A stretch of DNA of 20,000 nucleotides. Origin: an uncultured Rhodopirellula sp. Its GTDB lineage: Bacteria; Planctomycetota; Planctomycetia; Pirellulales; Pirellulaceae. Both the position numbers and the translations under genes were made by a program. Positions 15,873 through 20,000 of this stretch are shown here, one piece after another (position 1 is the stretch's first letter; every line of letters starts with the position of its first letter). The notes beneath the pieces were generated by a model. That model had not been told where the DNA came from. It was given only the letters and a program-made list of their open reading frames with translations, and did not search any database. Location: contig CAXGAI010000019.1 in NCBI GenBank assembly GCA_964007735.1, positions 61,773 through 81,772 of the forward strand, read 5' to 3'.

Positions 15873-17903
15873 CTATCTTCCTCCTTTGGCGGGTTGACCA
15901 CCAGGCTTTCCACCGCTAGGTGGGCCACCAGCACCGCCGGTCGCAGCCGCCTTAAGCATCTCAACGGTTCCAGCGACCATTTCTTTTTTGGTGACTTTAC
16001 CGTCGTTGTTTTTATCCGCTCGCTTCAAGAAGCCACCAACTGGACCGGCAGCAGTCAGTTCTTCTGCATCGAGAGTATCGTCACTATTTTTGTCAAATTT
16101 AGCCATTGTTTCTGTTACTCGTTCTTCAGCTTGTTTCGCATAAGCGGCGTCTTTTTCTTCCTCGGATTGTTCCGGCTGTGCTGCTTGGTCTGCTGTAGAA
16201 GTAATTTCCTCAGTATCTTCAAGCGGAATCAGGATATCCTGAGTTTTGGTGATAAAGGCTGTTAGTTCCGTGGTTGAAATGGTTTCATTTCCATCTTGAT
16301 CAACCGAGCTGAAATTAGAAATGCCTTCATAGCCTAGGAGTTTATTCATTTTTTCAACATCGTCCTGAGTAAGTTCTCCGTTTTGTTCACCGGCGGGCGA
16401 GAAGCTTTCCATGGCAATGCGAGCACGATGATTTGATACGAGATTTCTCAAAAAATCAGGATACTCTCTTGGGTTCTGAACGACCTGATCCCCACGTTTG
16501 ATTTGGCTGGCATCTTGAAGTACGAGCATCTTGTCATTACTTGCTTCGTATTCAATCATTCGAGCTTCAATCGAGAATGCACTTTCCTCGTCACCATGTT
16601 TTTTTCCAAGGTCTTCGCTGTGTAAAAAGTTATTGGCATCATATGGCACCCGGACCAAAACATATCTTTGGTCACTGTCTTCGTGTAAGCACTGCACGGG
16701 GATTTGTAATCGATCCGGCTGCTGATTCACCGTAATTTCAACATCCGCTGAAAGGCCAACCCGAGCGCCTTCAGAATCCCCTTCAATTTCGATGAAGGTG
16801 GCAAATCGCTTAACTTTTTGACTCCAGTGCTGACGCTCAGCATACCGATTGATAGAGATGACTTTGCCGGTAAACACGCGGTCTTCTAAAGCACCCACAC
16901 GAATCTTTACAGGTAGACCTTCACGGACACTCGCAATTTTTCCTTCCGCAATTGGGGTTTTAACCTGAAGTCTCTCGAGATCCGGAAGATAAATAATCGT
17001 CTGCCTTTCGCGAACACTGGCTCCAGGCTCGACGGTAAACTGCTGGCCTCTTTCGTCTCCGTAGTTAGCATGCACAACAGTGCCGTCTTGAGGTGCGAAG
17101 ATGGTGCATTTGCTGATCATGTCGTTAATTTCTTCCAGTTTTTTCAGCTCTTCGTCATAGTTTTTATTTTCAGCTTCTAATGCGGCCCTTCGCGTTTCAA
17201 TGTCGGCATCATAGCCAACAAGCATTTTTTCACGAGTGATCTCGCGCAATGTTTTCAATTCGGTTTCTGTTAATGCCAGTTCCAACTCCGTACGTTTAAC
17301 AGCGAAGCGATCGGATGCTAATTGCTGCTGTGTTACAAAACCTTTCGCTGCAAGCCGTTCACTAAAAGACGCCTTGTCCTGATAGGCAGCCAGATTTTGC
17401 TTGGCAATCAAGATGTTGGCTTCAATGGTCGCTTCATTTTGAACGAAAGTTCCCTCCAAATATTCTTGCTTTGTAATTTCTGCTTGACGCACAGCAGCAT
17501 CAGCCGAAGTCTTCGTCGAAAGAGCACGGTTCACTAGAATTTGCTGAGCCTGCTTCTGATCTTCAAGGGTTGAAGTATCCAATTCAACCAGCAAATCACC
17601 TTTTTTAACGACTTCACCTTCATCAACTACGCTGATAATTTCAACGCCGCCAGCAGACCGCACTTCACATTTAACTTCTTCATTTTCAGCGGCTTCGATA
17701 TCCCCGCTCTCGTTGATTGTATGTTTGAAAAGGCCGACTTCGGCTTCGCTAAATTGGAAGTTATAGACAATCTCAGGATCAATCGTGTCTTGCACGAGAT
17801 TGTAGCCGTACCATCCGAGCGTTGACATACCAACGACAATTATGGCGAATAGGGTGAATACTGTGCTGTTACCACGAAGACGCAAGGGTTTTTCTGAAAG
17901 CAT
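15873..17903 (-). CDS. MacA-like periplasmic adaptor (membrane fusion protein) with C-terminal EF-hand region
   Basis: N-terminal TM, lipoyl halves VDEGEVVKKGDLLVELD and TIFAPQDGTV, a long coiled-coil hairpin with an RLAAKGFVT tip, beta-barrel motifs, then three EF-hand-like loops and a Gly/Pro tail. Confidence 0.9.
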   Translation of the reverse strand: MLSEKPLRLRGNSTVFTLFAIIVVGMSTLGWYGYNLVQDTIDPEIVYNFQFSEAEVGLFKHTINESGDIEAAENEEVKCEVRSAGGVEIISVVDEGEVVKKGDLLVELDTSTLEDQKQAQQILVNRALSTKTSADAAVRQAEITKQEYLEGTFVQNEATIEANILIAKQNLAAYQDKASFSERLAAKGFVTQQQLASDRFAVKRTELELALTETELKTLREITREKMLVGYDADIETRRAALEAENKNYDEELKKLEEINDMISKCTIFAPQDGTVVHANYGDERGQQFTVEPGASVRERQTIIYLPDLERLQVKTPIAEGKIASVREGLPVKIRVGALEDRVFTGKVISINRYAERQHWSQKVKRFATFIEIEGDSEGARVGLSADVEITVNQQPDRLQIPVQCLHEDSDQRYVLVRVPYDANNFLHSEDLGKKHGDEESAFSIEARMIEYEASNDKMLVLQDASQIKRGDQVVQNPREYPDFLRNLVSNHRARIAMESFSPAGEQNGELTQDDVEKMNKLLGYEGISNFSSVDQDGNETISTTELTAFITKTQDILIPLEDTEEITSTADQAAQPEQSEEEKDAAYAKQAEERVTETMAKFDKNSDDTLDAEELTAAGPVGGFLKRADKNNDGKVTKKEMVAGTVEMLKAAATGGAGGPPSGGKPGGQPAKGGR

Positions 17904-18055
17904 AGGTATTTAATCGTTAAAGAGTAGTGTGGGGAAACGTGAAGGGCTCAAAGTTTCTTAATTATGATATCAATTCTAAAGGTTTATAAGGACAAAACCC
18001 CGCTACAACCATAAAGTTTCGGTCACGAGGTGAAGCGTTGATAAGAACAGTCGGT

Positions 18056-20000
18056 TTATGTTTCGCTGTCTTCGCTGACAGTATCTTTCGGCTTGCTCTC
18101 TTCAATCGCATCTTCCTCGGTTTTGTTTTCTTTGGTTTCTTGGCTTGGATATCCGTGAATAGTACCAATGGGGCCCGGATCAATCCAAATTCCATTCTCA
18201 TCAATCTGCATTGTTCCCAATGCTAAATCTAATTGACTGCGATTAATTTCATAGCCAACCCAAACAGCTAACAACCCATCCTGAGCACCTTGTAAACCTT
18301 GCAATGAGCCAATGAGGCGTTGGGCGGTTTCGGGAGAGAGTGTATTCCCCTGTTGCCCGGGCGGCTCCTGAATTTTTGTGCGTTGATAGAGTACATTACG
18401 TGTAGCAACTTGTAATTGTTTACGATTGGCCTCAAAGTTTATTTTTTGAAGCATAATTGATCTCAACGAGTTTTTAAAACTCAGATACTGTTGATCTTCA
18501 TAACGATAATACGATCTTAGGCGGCCCTGGTACTCCAATAAGCTTTGTCGGTAGATGTTTCTTTCTCTAAGTCGGGTAATGGGGGCATCCCATGCCAGTC
18601 CCGCACGCAATGTTCCGGTGGTATCACGGAATCGGAATGGATCGTCACCGGTATTTCCAATACTACCACTGAGCTGAAGGCTCAAGTCGCTTTCCAGGCC
18701 GTCAGCGTTATATGCCAACAGTCGATATTGATCCATAACCTGAGCGCGTTCGTTCATCCAATCCAGCCGTTTTTCGGAAGCTATTTTGTAAGCCTCTTCG
18801 ATGGATAAATCCACAGGAACTAATGTAATTGTTTCAGCGCGAGCGCTAGTTAGTACTAAAGAAAGTTCTAAAGCATCATTGGATAACTTGATGAGCAATT
18901 CCGGAAGTTTGGAAATGACACTATCTTCGAGAGTCTGATACAGCTGCTCATCATTCATTGCAGAGCCGTTTTCTAGTAGGTCGTCGAGAGCTTCGCGGAA
19001 AAGAAGGATCTCCCCTTCTTCTTCCTGTAGTCGTTGATCGATATCATCCAGATCGGCGGTAAGTAAATTTGGTAGTTGATCCAAATAGCTACCGTCAAGA
19101 AGGTCTGAGTTCAACGCGGATTCCGGTACGAGTGGGTTGTTCTCAATTTGTTCTCGAAGAGTTTTTATCGCAGCCTGCCGTTCAGGCACGATTTCTGAGA
19201 GTTCTTTTACATCCTCGCGGGCTGCTGATGCTTCCACTGAAAGCTGATCCAGTAACTGCTTCGCCAACATGGCTTCTTGATGTAAGCTTTTGAGACCTTT
19301 TTCCAGCTCTGGCCCCCACTCGATAGCTAAAAGTTGCGGTTGCTCGCCGCGCAGGGAGCTATTAATGATTTCGCCCACATTTTCTTGCTGGTCCAAGATG
19401 TCATTTTGTAGAATCTGCATCTCCTCATCGATGAGATTGAATTGCTCTAATTCTTTTCCATTGACAACAACTTCGATATCTGGAGGAAGCCCCAGTTCAT
19501 TAATAAAGCCATCCAATTGACCGTCATAATTTGATTCTCGATCAATGAGCTGAGTTATTTCCCTGTAGAACTGTGCTTTTGTTGTTTGCACATTGTTAAA
19601 GTCGACAAATCCGGCCTCGAAGAAAGATTCAAACAGTTTTAGCGAACCTTTTAGAGCCACAATGTTGGCCCGCTGATTTATGAGTCCTTTTTGAGCCTGC
19701 AGCAACCCTAAATAACCTCCAGCGAATGTGCTTCCACCTCCTCCGCCGCGAAATCCTCCGATACCCCCAAAACCTCCGCTTCCTACGCCCGTAAATCCGG
19801 AAAGGCCGGAACCTCCAAAAAGGCCTCCGATACGTGAAATGCCCCCGGCGCCCTGACCGGTGGTGATATCCATGTAAAATCCTTTGCGATACCGCTGATA
19901 GCTCCTGACTTGATAAAGGAGCTGACGCTCCGATCTTGTTAAGATTTCCAGAACCCGATCTTTTCCTCCCTGTCGAAGCAAAGGCTGAATGATATTCACA
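18056..20000 (-). CDS. TolC/OEP-family outer membrane efflux protein (5'-truncated by the window edge)
   Basis: QPLLRQGG strand end, YLGLL...FEAGFVD...LG helical repeat, second repeat LSIEEAYKIASEKRLD...LSLQLSG...GLAWDAP...ERNIYR...LDLALG; lies upstream of the adaptor and ABC genes. Confidence 0.8.
   Translation of the reverse strand, partial: VNIIQPLLRQGGKDRVLEILTRSERQLLYQVRSYQRYRKGFYMDITTGQGAGGISRIGGLFGGSGLSGFTGVGSGGFGGIGGFRGGGGGSTFAGGYLGLLQAQKGLINQRANIVALKGSLKLFESFFEAGFVDFNNVQTTKAQFYREITQLIDRESNYDGQLDGFINELGLPPDIEVVVNGKELEQFNLIDEEMQILQNDILDQQENVGEIINSSLRGEQPQLLAIEWGPELEKGLKSLHQEAMLAKQLLDQLSVEASAAREDVKELSEIVPERQAAIKTLREQIENNPLVPESALNSDLLDGSYLDQLPNLLTADLDDIDQRLQEEEGEILLFREALDDLLENGSAMNDEQLYQTLEDSVISKLPELLIKLSNDALELSLVLTSARAETITLVPVDLSIEEAYKIASEKRLDWMNERAQVMDQYRLLAYNADGLESDLSLQLSGSIGNTGDDPFRFRDTTGTLRAGLAWDAPITRLRERNIYRQSLLEYQGRLRSYYRYEDQQYLSFKNSLRSIMLQKINFEANRKQLQVATRNVLYQRTKIQEPPGQQGNTLSPETAQRLIGSLQGLQGAQDGLLAVWVGYEINRSQLDLALGTMQIDENGIWIDPGPIGTIHGYPSQETKENKTEEDAIEESKPKDTVSEDSET

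Noticed and set aside
1..20000. rRNA, tRNA, CRISPR arrays, transposases, integrases or phage genes
   Set aside because: All intergenic gaps are under ~200 nt with no cloverleaf or spaced direct repeats, and no ORF shows mobile-element motifs.

Overview
Gene-dense bacterial chromosomal window, most likely from a planctomycete. This taxonomy is inferred from a DUF1559/H-X9-DG-like domain and the efflux components; GC looks mid-40s % by eye and was not computed. Left to right: efp (minus strand, 3'-truncated, absent from the ORF track) divergent from epmB and a class I SAM methyltransferase; thyA-folA; an ECF sigma factor with a membrane anti-sigma factor; a hypothetical protein; a four-gene peptide/nickel-family ABC importer with YejABEF-like layout (minus); an orphan bioF; and a MacAB-TolC-type export module (minus, TolC-like gene 5'-truncated). 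No rRNA, tRNA, CRISPR array or mobile element was recognised. The best candidate for an undescribed system is the ECF pair. Its anti-sigma factor joins a cytoplasmic anti-sigma-like domain to what looks like a whole degenerate type IV prepilin-like DUF1559/H-X9-DG protein, and an AAC-N16-CGTA candidate autoregulatory promoter lies upstream of the sigma gene. The second candidate is the export module: its adaptor has three EF-hand loops and a very long alpha-hairpin, and its TolC-like channel has a Gly/Phe-rich loop and a ~200-aa helical insertion. All family calls are by motif recognition; no database searches were run.
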